A stretch of DNA of 64,000 bases from Candidatus Aminicenantes bacterium (GTDB lineage: Bacteria; Acidobacteriota; Aminicenantia; Aminicenantales; JAFGBC01): assembly GCA_963702005.1 (NCBI GenBank), contig OY969696.1:1920001-1984000 (forward strand). Direction: 5' to 3'. Made by a program: the position numbers and the translations under genes. The notes under the pieces were generated by a model. The model was not told the DNA's origin. It saw nothing but the letters and a program-made list of their open reading frames with translations, and made no database searches. The stretch's first letter is position 1, and every line of letters begins with the position of its first letter. Below are positions 28,483 to 37,071 of the stretch, piece after piece.

Positions 28483-28589
28483 CGCCCGCGCCGCCTTCCT
28501 CCAGAAAACCGGCCTATCCAGTCTTTTTCTTGACTTCGAGCACTCCCTATTCTATGAATGGACTATACTTCCACGAAAGGAGACATGTC

Positions 28590-29546
28590 ATGGGGTATCT
28601 GATTGCTTTTGTCCTCGGCGCCGTCGTGCTAGGGGCCTTGTTGACCCAGAAGGCCCGGACGGATTCGCGGGATCCCAGGGCCGTCTTTCAAAGGGGAGGG
28701 AAGACCATTGTCATCGCAGTCGCCGTCTTGATCTTGATCCTCTTTGTCCTCCAGGCCTTCATCGTTATTCAGGCGGGGACCGTGGGCGTCGTCAAGCGGT
28801 TGGGGGCCGTCCGCTCCGAATTCAAACCGGGCCTGCACACGATCGTTCCCTTCATCGATACGGTCGTGCGTTATCCCACGATCAAGAAGACCTACGAGGC
28901 GACCGATGATCCGGGATCAACTCGCGCCGATTATCCGGATATCATCATCTCGGCTCTGACTTCGGACGGCCAGCAGATCCGGGTCGGTATCACGGCCCGG
29001 TTCATGATTCAACCCGGCAAGGCCGCCTGGATCCTCCAGAACCTGGGCACCGAACAGGAGTATGTCGAGAAGGTCGTCAAGACCGAGATCCGCGGCTCGG
29101 GCCGCCGGGTGCCGACCAAATTCGCCGCCTATGACCTCTACACCAAGAAGAGCTACGAGGCCCAGCAAGCCCTCTACGACGAGATCGCACCCAAATTCGA
29201 TAAAAACGGGCTCATCCTCGACGAGCTGGTCCTGCGCAACATCACCTTCACGTCCGAGTACGCCAAGACGCTCGAGGAGAAGCAGATCGCCCTGGAGAAC
29301 ATCACGACCGAAAAGAACAAGCTGGAGCAGGAAAAGATCCGCAAAGAACAGAACATCGTGGCGGCCGAGGGCGACGCCCGGAGCATCGAGATCCGGCAGG
29401 CGGCCCTGACCAAGAACCCGACCATCATCCAGTGGGAGTTCGTCCAGAAGCTGGCGCCCAATATCCAATGGGGAATCCTGCCCCAGAACGTGGTCCCGCT
29501 TCTTAACATGCAGAGCCTGGTGGGCGAAAACAAAGAGAAGAAGTGA
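28590..29546 (+). CDS. SPFH/prohibitin (band 7) family protein
   Basis: TM segments, GTVGVV, PGLHTIVPFID, TSDGQ, LRNITF, coiled coil, AEGDA. Confidence 0.9.
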   Translation: MGYLIAFVLGAVVLGALLTQKARTDSRDPRAVFQRGGKTIVIAVAVLILILFVLQAFIVIQAGTVGVVKRLGAVRSEFKPGLHTIVPFIDTVVRYPTIKKTYEATDDPGSTRADYPDIIISALTSDGQQIRVGITARFMIQPGKAAWILQNLGTEQEYVEKVVKTEIRGSGRRVPTKFAAYDLYTKKSYEAQQALYDEIAPKFDKNGLILDELVLRNITFTSEYAKTLEEKQIALENITTEKNKLEQEKIRKEQNIVAAEGDARSIEIRQAALTKNPTIIQWEFVQKLAPNIQWGILPQNVVPLLNMQSLVGENKEKK

Positions 29547-29634
29547 TCCGGCGGCTCGGCCGCTTCATAGGAGGATCGTCTAAGCCTCGCTCCTATGTGA
29601 GGAGGATGTCTTTTAATTTCTGTCCTTCAGGCTG

Positions 29635-29847
29635 TTAAGGAAGCTCCAGCATGGGTCCCGGATAGCTATCCCAGTTTACATAGAACTTACGTTCACATTT
29701 TGAACATTTAACCTCAAGAAAATATTTCCCCGGCTTATCCTCGCAATACCAACCAACATAATCCCCGTTTTTTGGCCACTTTGTAACGGAATTATTTGTG
29801 CCGCATTTTAAGCATGGGATTTTATCCGCACATCCAGACCAATGCAT
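29635..29847 (-). CDS. Small Zn-ribbon protein (low GC)
   Basis: CLKC and CSKC pairs; AAGGGG RBS. Confidence 0.6.
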   Translation of the reverse strand: MHWSGCADKIPCLKCGTNNSVTKWPKNGDYVGWYCEDKPGKYFLEVKCSKCERKFYVNWDSYPGPMLELP

Positions 29848-29859
29848 AGTTCGCCCCTT

Positions 29860-30501
29860 TCAGACCTCGGAACGGCGTGTAATACCGCCATAGTGCACAA
29901 GCATTAAATAGGAATCGCTTCCTGTTTTTGCAATTATATGATCTCCGTAGATCGTCAAACAAATCATGCTTGGAGCTAATACCTGGCTGTCTCCGATTGT
30001 CAAAGGATAATACCTGCCGTACAATTCTCCCAGATAGAATATTTTCGCTGTCTGCTTAAGCTTCAACCAATCTACATCGGCCTGCGTCTTTATTTCAACC
30101 GTACTTACGCCCTTTACGGAATGATCCTTGGCAAAACACTTACCTAAGATATCGAGGACCTCCTGAGAGGAGGCTTTCACGATTGGCATATGCCAATCCG
30201 AGGCTGCATTTTGCAGCGGAGTGTTAACAATATTTTCATTTACAGGCGGACGAGACTTCATCCAGGATGCCAAAAGAGGGAGGGCGTCTTCAAGATCTAC
30301 GACGACTTCAGATGATAAAACGTAATGACATAATGCATTATCATTTGGAAGCTTCTGAAAGGCAGATAAGCGGGTGTTATCGTCCGCGTCGCGTTTTGAG
30401 ATCTCGGCAAGAAGGGCTTGGGTATGCCTATAATAAGATCTCTGGCGGACTTTCCAATTAGAATGTTCCCACTTCGGTTTGAATAGATCTTTAAACGCCA
30501 T
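29860..30501 (-). CDS. Hypothetical protein with HEAT-like N-terminus (low GC)
   Basis: DLFKPKWEHSNWKVR start; GGAGAGGAG RBS; AT-rich codons. Confidence 0.6.
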   Translation of the reverse strand: MAFKDLFKPKWEHSNWKVRQRSYYRHTQALLAEISKRDADDNTRLSAFQKLPNDNALCHYVLSSEVVVDLEDALPLLASWMKSRPPVNENIVNTPLQNAASDWHMPIVKASSQEVLDILGKCFAKDHSVKGVSTVEIKTQADVDWLKLKQTAKIFYLGELYGRYYPLTIGDSQVLAPSMICLTIYGDHIIAKTGSDSYLMLVHYGGITRRSEV

Positions 30502-30658
30502 TTCTCTCCTCTCCTAAATGTGAAAAATCGTCCTCTAAGGACGCCTTTTCATTCTCACTGAATAGTAATGATAAATGGGGAAAAAACTCAAGTGGAATGG
30601 GTCCCTGAGTATCCCAGCCGAATATGCCACCCGGATTTTCCTCGATGTGGCCTCTTTA

Positions 30659-31351
30659 TCATAAGGCCGATGAAACCAGGCTTTTGACTTTCTCCATGAG
30701 CTCGGCCAGAGCGTCTTGAGCGTAGCCCGTCACGGGGACGGGCTCATGAAAAACGATTTGGACGGCTCCTTTCCGGATGCGCCGTATCCCGCGCGGCATC
30801 AGCTCGAACGTCCCTCGGATCGTCACGGGAACGATGGGCGCCCCGGAGGCCAGGGCCAGGAAGAAGCCGCCGCGCCGGAACGGCTGCATCCGTCCGTCCC
30901 GGCTCCGGGCCCCCTCGGGGAAGAGGAGGAAGGAGTATCGCTTTTCCCTGATCAGCTGCGCCGCCCGGGCGATGCTCAGCTTGCCCGCTCCGCGGCCTTC
31001 TTTGTCCAGGGGCACGTATCCGCAAAACCGCATGCCCAAACCCAGGACGGGGATCCGGAAGACGAAGCGCTTCACGATCACCCGCGCCGGCCTGTCCAGG
31101 ACGGTCATCAACAGCGGACCGTCCAGGAAGCTCAGGTGGTTGGACATGAAAATGCAGGGAGCCGCGGGGTCGAGGCGGTCGAGTCCCCTGACCTCAACCT
31201 TGATGCCGAGGATGCGCCGTCCGACCCGCATCATCCAGCGGCCGTAAGCGATGAACGTGTCCCGCAGTCCGAAGAGCACGCAAACGAGAAGCACGGGAAC
31301 GGCGACAATCAACAGGACGACATAGATGAAGACGAAGAGGATATTCCGCAT
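30659..31351 (-). CDS. plsC: 1-acyl-sn-glycerol-3-phosphate acyltransferase
   Basis: NHLSFLD, FPEGARS, PIVPV. Confidence 0.92.
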   Translation of the reverse strand: MRNILFVFIYVVLLIVAVPVLLVCVLFGLRDTFIAYGRWMMRVGRRILGIKVEVRGLDRLDPAAPCIFMSNHLSFLDGPLLMTVLDRPARVIVKRFVFRIPVLGLGMRFCGYVPLDKEGRGAGKLSIARAAQLIREKRYSFLLFPEGARSRDGRMQPFRRGGFFLALASGAPIVPVTIRGTFELMPRGIRRIRKGAVQIVFHEPVPVTGYAQDALAELMEKVKSLVSSAL

Positions 31352-31394
31352 GGACCGGCCCGATTATAGCACAACGTTATTCGCTCCGCCCGCT

Positions 31395-33635
31395 TCAGAG
31401 CACGAACGTATAGGAATACTTGATCATAATGGCCCGGCTCCCGTAGGGAGGCCGGTGGGGAAGCTGCCGGGTCCGATAGGTGTTGAGGCTGTCGTTGACG
31501 ACAAGGTAGAGGTCGTTCCCTTCCCGGGGGTTGTAACGCAGCCTCAGGTTCGCGGTCAATTCGTCCACGGCGCCGTCGTACTGGACGAAGGCCGCGGCCG
31601 AGAATTTCGTGCTTAGCGTCGCCAGCAGTCGGACCTGGCCGATCTGGGCCGTCAGGGATTGACGGCGGCCGGGAAAATCGACACGGTTGAACTGATAATA
31701 GGCGCTCAGGGTGAGGTCCGAGGAGATGCCCCAGACGGGCTTGATCCCGAGGGTTCCCCGCCGGCCGTCATAGAACGAGCCGGCGTCAATCGATACGGTG
31801 GCGCTCAGGAGCTTGCCGAACGGCGTCTGGACATAGCCGGTCACCCCCCAGAAGGAGTAGTCGCCGGGCGGTACGAAGACCTTGTCGAAAAAGGACAGCT
31901 CCTCCCGAACGCTTTCGCGATGGGCCTTGAGGGCGAGCTCTCCGTTCCAGCCGGACTTGGCTAAGAAACCCCAGCCGGGGCCGAGCTCGGCCGATTCGAG
32001 CGAACGGTCCTCGTTCCGGACATAGACGTAGCCGTCTGCGAAGAGGTAATGCTGGTTGAGGAAGGAGCGGTCTCCCGGCAGCCAGCCGTAAAGAATCCGG
32101 TTTCCGAACCGGGTGAAATCCTCCCGCATCTCGAATCCCATCCCGGGGTCGTAATCCCTTCCCGCCCGCGACAGCCCCAGGTTGAAGCCCAATCCTTTCC
32201 GCGTCCTCCGCTCCCAGGCGATCCTGAACCGGGCCGGGTCCAGCGAGGCGACCCGATTGGCCATTCCGTTCTCGAATGACTGGGCCCAGTTCAGGAGAAG
32301 ATAGTCGTCTCCCTGAACTCGGAACGTTCCGTCGAGGCCGTAGACGGTGTTGTAAGATCCGTCGGCGCCGAACCTGGCCGTGACCATGCCGCCGACGTAA
32401 GAAAATAAATTGAACACCCTGCGGCGAAGGCGGACCACCCCGAAATTCTCCGAAGGGAGCCCTTCCTTCCGGAGCGGCGCCGTCTCCATGTCCAGGACGC
32501 CCAAGTCCCAGGAGCCGAGGCGGCCGACCAGGCGCGCCCCTCCGTATATGCGAACAGGCTCTTCTTCGTAGATTCCGATCCGGCGGCTGTAGAACAGCTG
32601 ATTGTATTCGCCGAAGCTGAAATCGAAGATGCCGGCCCGTTCCAGAAAAAATAATCTCTTTTCGGGAAAGAACAGGGAAAAACGGGTCAGGTTGACTTGG
32701 TAGTCGTCCGCCTCGACCTGGGCAAAATCCGTGTTCAGGGTCAGGTCGAGGGTCAGGTTGCTGGTCAGGCCGTACTTGACGTCCAGGCCGGCTTCGGCTT
32801 TGGGCTTATCGCTATGGATATAGGCCGTTTCATCGTCGTTGAGGTCGTTCGACTGCCCGTAGCCGCCGAGTCCGTAGGGCGTGATGTAAAGCGGCCGGCG
32901 GCCGCGCACGCCTTCCAGGACGATTTCGTGCGCCTGGGACGGCTTCCACATGCTCATCGTCCCGAGCTTGGGGTCGATCGCCGGATATATGATGCCCTCG
33001 GTCTTGCGCGGGATGTAGCGGAAAGCGATCAGGCCCATAAACACTCGGCCGTCCCGGTCCTGAAAGCGAAGGCTGGAGAAGGGAATCCGCATCTCTGCGA
33101 ACCAGCCTAGGTCATTTTGCGCGACGGCCACGTCCCAGAACGTGTTCCAGCTCGCGTTGATGGGCATATCGTTGATCGTCCGTTGCTCGGCGTCGTTGGT
33201 CACCATGCCGTCCCAGCGCAGGCCGGAGGGTGTCGTCATGAAAGCCAGGGCGTTTTCCTTATCGTTGAACGTGTCCAGGATAATCCCGAACCACTCCGTG
33301 TTGGACTCGAAGTAGTCGCGCTTTTTGGAAGGAGATTGGATTTTATCGGGTTCCCGGTCATAGAGCCGGCCGGCCACATAGAGGAAGTTCTCATCGTGGC
33401 CGATCAGGATCTCGGTTTGTTCCGAGGGCGGACGGCCCGGGTTGGGGATTAATGTGACCATCGGCAAAGGCTGAATGCCGTTCCAGGAGTCCTCGTCGCT
33501 CAGGCCGTCGAGTTTGACCGGTCCTGAGATTTTGGGAATGAGCAGAGGATCCCGGGACCTATCCGGAGGCGGCTCTTGAGAAAAGAGCCCGCCGGCGGCG
33601 ACGAGGACAAAGGCTGCGATCGAAGAGAAATTCAT
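31395..33635 (-). CDS. DUF5916 protein with CBM9-like N-terminal domain
   Basis: VKLDGLSDE, AEMRIPFSSLRF, NTDFAQVEAD, NLTRFSLFFPEKRLFF. Confidence 0.82.
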   Translation of the reverse strand: MNFSSIAAFVLVAAGGLFSQEPPPDRSRDPLLIPKISGPVKLDGLSDEDSWNGIQPLPMVTLIPNPGRPPSEQTEILIGHDENFLYVAGRLYDREPDKIQSPSKKRDYFESNTEWFGIILDTFNDKENALAFMTTPSGLRWDGMVTNDAEQRTINDMPINASWNTFWDVAVAQNDLGWFAEMRIPFSSLRFQDRDGRVFMGLIAFRYIPRKTEGIIYPAIDPKLGTMSMWKPSQAHEIVLEGVRGRRPLYITPYGLGGYGQSNDLNDDETAYIHSDKPKAEAGLDVKYGLTSNLTLDLTLNTDFAQVEADDYQVNLTRFSLFFPEKRLFFLERAGIFDFSFGEYNQLFYSRRIGIYEEEPVRIYGGARLVGRLGSWDLGVLDMETAPLRKEGLPSENFGVVRLRRRVFNLFSYVGGMVTARFGADGSYNTVYGLDGTFRVQGDDYLLLNWAQSFENGMANRVASLDPARFRIAWERRTRKGLGFNLGLSRAGRDYDPGMGFEMREDFTRFGNRILYGWLPGDRSFLNQHYLFADGYVYVRNEDRSLESAELGPGWGFLAKSGWNGELALKAHRESVREELSFFDKVFVPPGDYSFWGVTGYVQTPFGKLLSATVSIDAGSFYDGRRGTLGIKPVWGISSDLTLSAYYQFNRVDFPGRRQSLTAQIGQVRLLATLSTKFSAAAFVQYDGAVDELTANLRLRYNPREGNDLYLVVNDSLNTYRTRQLPHRPPYGSRAIMIKYSYTFVL

Positions 33636-33690
33636 TTGATATCCTTTCCAGGAGGGACGGCCGGGACGCGCCGGCGCCGCGGATCGAGCG

Positions 33691-34209
33691 CTATTTCTTT
33701 TCGACAGGAAGGACGAGCTCGGTCCTGAGTTTTTCGGGCGCGACCATCTGGGGATTGTCGATGTATTTTTCCATCGGCGGGCCGGCGACTTTCCATCCGT
33801 TCTGGTCGATGAAGGTTATCATCTTGGCGTAGGTTTCCCCGACCTTGTCATAGGGACCGACGTGAACGCAGACGGCGACCTTGGGATGGCCGAATTCCCC
33901 CTTTTTGAGGGGATCGACCGGCGCGGCGCCGGGAGCGATCGGCATCCCGATCAGCCATTTGAGCTCGGCTTCGGGGACTTGGCGGGGGTCGTTGAAATAA
34001 ATGGCGAAGGGACCCCCGGCCGGTTTCAGGCCCTGCTTGAAGAAGGCGCCCATGAATTCCATCATCTTCTGGGGAATCTGCTGGTACGATCCCGCGCAGT
34101 CGAGGTAGGCATAGGGGAAGGGCGTCTGGTCCTTGACCTGGACGTCCTGTCCGTAGCCGAGGGCGACGCAGGCCAGAAGAGCCAAAATCGAGATTGCCGT
34201 TTTTTTCAT
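33691..34209 (-). CDS. Secreted GyrI-like small-molecule-binding protein
   Basis: Signal peptide, YFNDP, HVGPYD, EKYIDNP, LRTEL..PV. Confidence 0.85.
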   Translation of the reverse strand: MKKTAISILALLACVALGYGQDVQVKDQTPFPYAYLDCAGSYQQIPQKMMEFMGAFFKQGLKPAGGPFAIYFNDPRQVPEAELKWLIGMPIAPGAAPVDPLKKGEFGHPKVAVCVHVGPYDKVGETYAKMITFIDQNGWKVAGPPMEKYIDNPQMVAPEKLRTELVLPVEKK

Positions 34210-34264
34210 GGTGTCTCCCTTGAATTCCCGTATTTTGTCCCCGAGGGGAGGGGATTTCGAGGGG

Positions 34265-34293
34265 ATGATACCGAAGCGCGGACGCGGAGTCAA
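34265..34293 (-). promoter_or_regulatory. Sigma70-type promoter of the GyrI-like gene
   Basis: TTGACT-17 nt-TATCAT; the -35 coincides with the repeat terminus. Confidence 0.65.
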
Positions 34294-34401
34294 CCCCTCG
34301 ACTCCCCGGCATGAATGCCGGGGTTTGTTCGGGGGTAACCCTGAGCCTCGCTCCCTATCCTCACCTTGAAAGGCGGGGATTAGCGTCGGCGAACGGGTCA
34401 A
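34289..34401 (+). repeat. Palindromic MITE/PATE-like element, copy A
   Basis: GTCAACCCCTCGAC-hairpin-...CCCTGAGCCTCGCTC-hairpin-GCGTCGGCGAACGGGTCAA; closely matches the reverse complement of 52886-52997. Confidence 0.85.
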
Positions 34402-34405
34402 CTCG

Positions 34406-35161
34406 TTAGAATAAGATCTCCGCTTCGATTCCCCGTGCCCGGAACAAGTCGGCCAGCTCGGCCGCCGTCCTCCGAAAATAGCCCTCGTTTAGGACGTCCC
34501 TGAAGCCGTGGCGGACGAGGAAGGGTTGGAACGTCTCCATGTAGTTCATGCGGTCGATGAGGACCCGGTCGACCCGGCCCTCGAGGAGGGCCGCCATCTT
34601 CTCCGGGTTCAGGGGGAGGAGCGGACCGATGAAGGCGAAGGTCCGGATGCCGCGCGAACGGAGGACGCCAAGGGCCTTGGCTCGCTTCTCGGGCGTGGAG
34701 GCTAGGGGCTCGAACAGGCGGGCCGTCCGTTCGTCGTCCGTCGCGATCGTGAACCCGACCTCGAGCTTCCGGATCCGCGCCAGGACGTCGATGTCGCGGA
34801 GGAGGAGGACGGATTTCGACTGGACCTGGACGGAAAAGCCGCTCTCGGCCAAAACCTCCAGGCAGCGCCGCGTCAGGAGATAGCGGGCCTCGAGCGGTTG
34901 GTAGGGATCGCAGACGGAGCTGACCCAGACCGTGCCCGGCTTGGCCCGCCGGAGCTGATTGCGGAGGAGGTCGGGAGCGTTTGTTTTAGCGTCGACGAAC
35001 GTCCCCCAAGGCTCGCTGTGGCCCGAGTAGCGGGGGATGAAGAGCTTGGCGTAACAGTAAGCGCAGCCGACCTGACAGCCGGTGTAGGGATTGACGCAGT
35101 AGTCGAAAATCTTGGACTTGTTGAGGATGCTCTTGGCCTCGACCTCGCGGACCTGGATCAT
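34406..35161 (-). CDS. Radical SAM protein, spore-photoproduct-lyase-like
   Basis: NPYTGCQVGCAYCYA (CxxxCxxC), DPYQPLE; start could instead be TTG 35179. Confidence 0.9.
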   Translation of the reverse strand: MIQVREVEAKSILNKSKIFDYCVNPYTGCQVGCAYCYAKLFIPRYSGHSEPWGTFVDAKTNAPDLLRNQLRRAKPGTVWVSSVCDPYQPLEARYLLTRRCLEVLAESGFSVQVQSKSVLLLRDIDVLARIRKLEVGFTIATDDERTARLFEPLASTPEKRAKALGVLRSRGIRTFAFIGPLLPLNPEKMAALLEGRVDRVLIDRMNYMETFQPFLVRHGFRDVLNEGYFRRTAAELADLFRARGIEAEILF

Positions 35162-35289
35162 ATCGCGTGAATCCTTCAAGTTTTAAGATTTATGGGCTTT
35201 GGAAGCGGCTCGGGCCGGGCCAGTATTTGATCATTAATGTATTATACTTGACGTAACCGGCGGCGGCGATATATTAAAGGTTCTATTCC

Positions 35290-36987
35290 ATGATCCAGAG
35301 GAGATTTCGTTTTTCGGACGCCATTGTCATATCGCTCCTCTCTCTCTGGGCGCCGCGCCCGATCATGGCGACGGACCAGGCGCCCGCGCTCCCGGACCTG
35401 ATCAGGGACCGGCTGACGGAGCTGGCGTACGCTCCGTCCCCCGACCGGGAATCGCTCGGAGCCCCGGAAGCTCTTTTCGTCTTCTATCGGAAACGGAACT
35501 ACGAGCCGGGCTGGACAAGAGACGGGCTGCTCCTGGCCCGGGCCGAGGACCTGATCCGAGCGCTCGCCGAAGCCGACCTTGAGGGCCTTGACCGGGCCGA
35601 CTACCATTATGGGCCGATCCAGCGCCTTGCCGGCGATATCATCTCAAAAAATAAAAAAAGGAAGGCCGTCTCTCCCATGGACATGGCCGATCTGGACCTC
35701 TATTGCTCGGATGCGTTCATTATTTACGCCGCCCATCTTCTCCGGGGCAAGGTCGACCAGGAAACCATGGAGCCGGCCTGGGGCCTTTGGCCGTCCGAGC
35801 TGACGCTGGCCTCGTTCCTGGAGGACTCGCTTTTCGCCGAGGGCGTCCGGGACGCCCTGCGCGGCCTCCTTCCGCGCCACGCGCACTACGGTCGATTGAG
35901 GAGGGCGTTCCTGGAAGCTCGAGCCGGCGAAAACGACTGGCCGCGAATCAAGGACGGTCCGCCTCTCGGCGGCGGGGACCGCGGACGCCGCGTCGAAAAG
36001 CTCCGCCGTCGCCTCGAAGCGAGCGGCGACTGCCCGGAGACGGGCTCGGGCGCCCGGGATGTTTTCGACGACAGCCTCGAGCGCGGGCTGAGGCTTTTTC
36101 AGGAAAGGCACGGCCTCCACCCGACGGGCGTCCTGGACGGCTCGACCTTGACCTTACTGAACCTGCCGCGCGAGGAATGGACCCGACGGCTCCTCGTCAA
36201 CCTCGAGCGCTGGCGCTGGCTGCCCCGCGATCTCGGCCCCCTCTATCTCCTCGTCAACGTCGCCGACTTTCGCCTCGGCGTCTTCGAGCGGGAGCGGCCG
36301 GTCCTGACCATGAAGATCGTGGCCGGGAACAGGGACTGGCCGACGCCCGTCTTCGCCAGCCGGATCTATCAGGTCATCCTCAATCCCTTCTGGGTTATCC
36401 CGGCCGAGGTCGTCCTCAAGGAGACGAAAAACTACATGCTGGCCGATCCGAACTACCTGACCTCGAATAAGATGAAGCTCTATCGAGGCTGGGGCGATGA
36501 GATTCATGAACTGGATCCTAAGGCCGTGGACTGGAAAAATCTCGACGCCGAGAACCTGAATTTCCATATCCGGCAGGCGCCCGGCCCTCTCAACGTCCTG
36601 GGGGCGGTCAAGTTCGCCATGATGAATAAATACGAGATTTATCTCCACGATACGCCTTACCAGGAGGATTTTGGAAAGGCGTTTCGGGCTTACAGCCACG
36701 GCTGCATCCGCGTCGAGAAGCCGATCGACCTGGCCGTCCGGATCCTCAAGGGCCGCAACGGCTGGACGGCCGAGAGTCTCCGCGAAGCCATCGCCCTGGG
36801 CGCCGAGACGAAAATCGATCTGGCCAAGGCGGTCGAAGTTTATTTCCTATACGGGACGGCTTGGGCGAACGAGGACCGGACGGTCGAATTCCGCCTCGAC
36901 GCCTATCAGCTCGACGCGAGGCTGTACGAAGCTCTGCGCCGGCCGGCGCCCTGGACTTCCGAAGGAGCGCGTCAAGCCTTAAAATAG
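35290..36987 (+). CDS. ycbB: L,D-transpeptidase YcbB/LdtD
   Basis: Peptidoglycan-binding domain (FQERHGL), NLERWRW, IYLHDTP, SHGCIRV. Confidence 0.9.
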   Translation: MIQRRFRFSDAIVISLLSLWAPRPIMATDQAPALPDLIRDRLTELAYAPSPDRESLGAPEALFVFYRKRNYEPGWTRDGLLLARAEDLIRALAEADLEGLDRADYHYGPIQRLAGDIISKNKKRKAVSPMDMADLDLYCSDAFIIYAAHLLRGKVDQETMEPAWGLWPSELTLASFLEDSLFAEGVRDALRGLLPRHAHYGRLRRAFLEARAGENDWPRIKDGPPLGGGDRGRRVEKLRRRLEASGDCPETGSGARDVFDDSLERGLRLFQERHGLHPTGVLDGSTLTLLNLPREEWTRRLLVNLERWRWLPRDLGPLYLLVNVADFRLGVFERERPVLTMKIVAGNRDWPTPVFASRIYQVILNPFWVIPAEVVLKETKNYMLADPNYLTSNKMKLYRGWGDEIHELDPKAVDWKNLDAENLNFHIRQAPGPLNVLGAVKFAMMNKYEIYLHDTPYQEDFGKAFRAYSHGCIRVEKPIDLAVRILKGRNGWTAESLREAIALGAETKIDLAKAVEVYFLYGTAWANEDRTVEFRLDAYQLDARLYEALRRPAPWTSEGARQALK

Positions 36988-37071
36988 AAGAGAGGAAACA
37001 GCCATGAGTCCCAAGGACATGGTCGAATTCGAGCTCGTCCCCGTCGAGGCCGAATAGGGAAAGAGGACGGC

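Noticed and set aside
34210-34401. N-terminal extension of the GyrI-like ORF (MTRSPT...), also seen in ORFs at 52709-53054
   Set aside because: Translation of the repeat element rather than real protein
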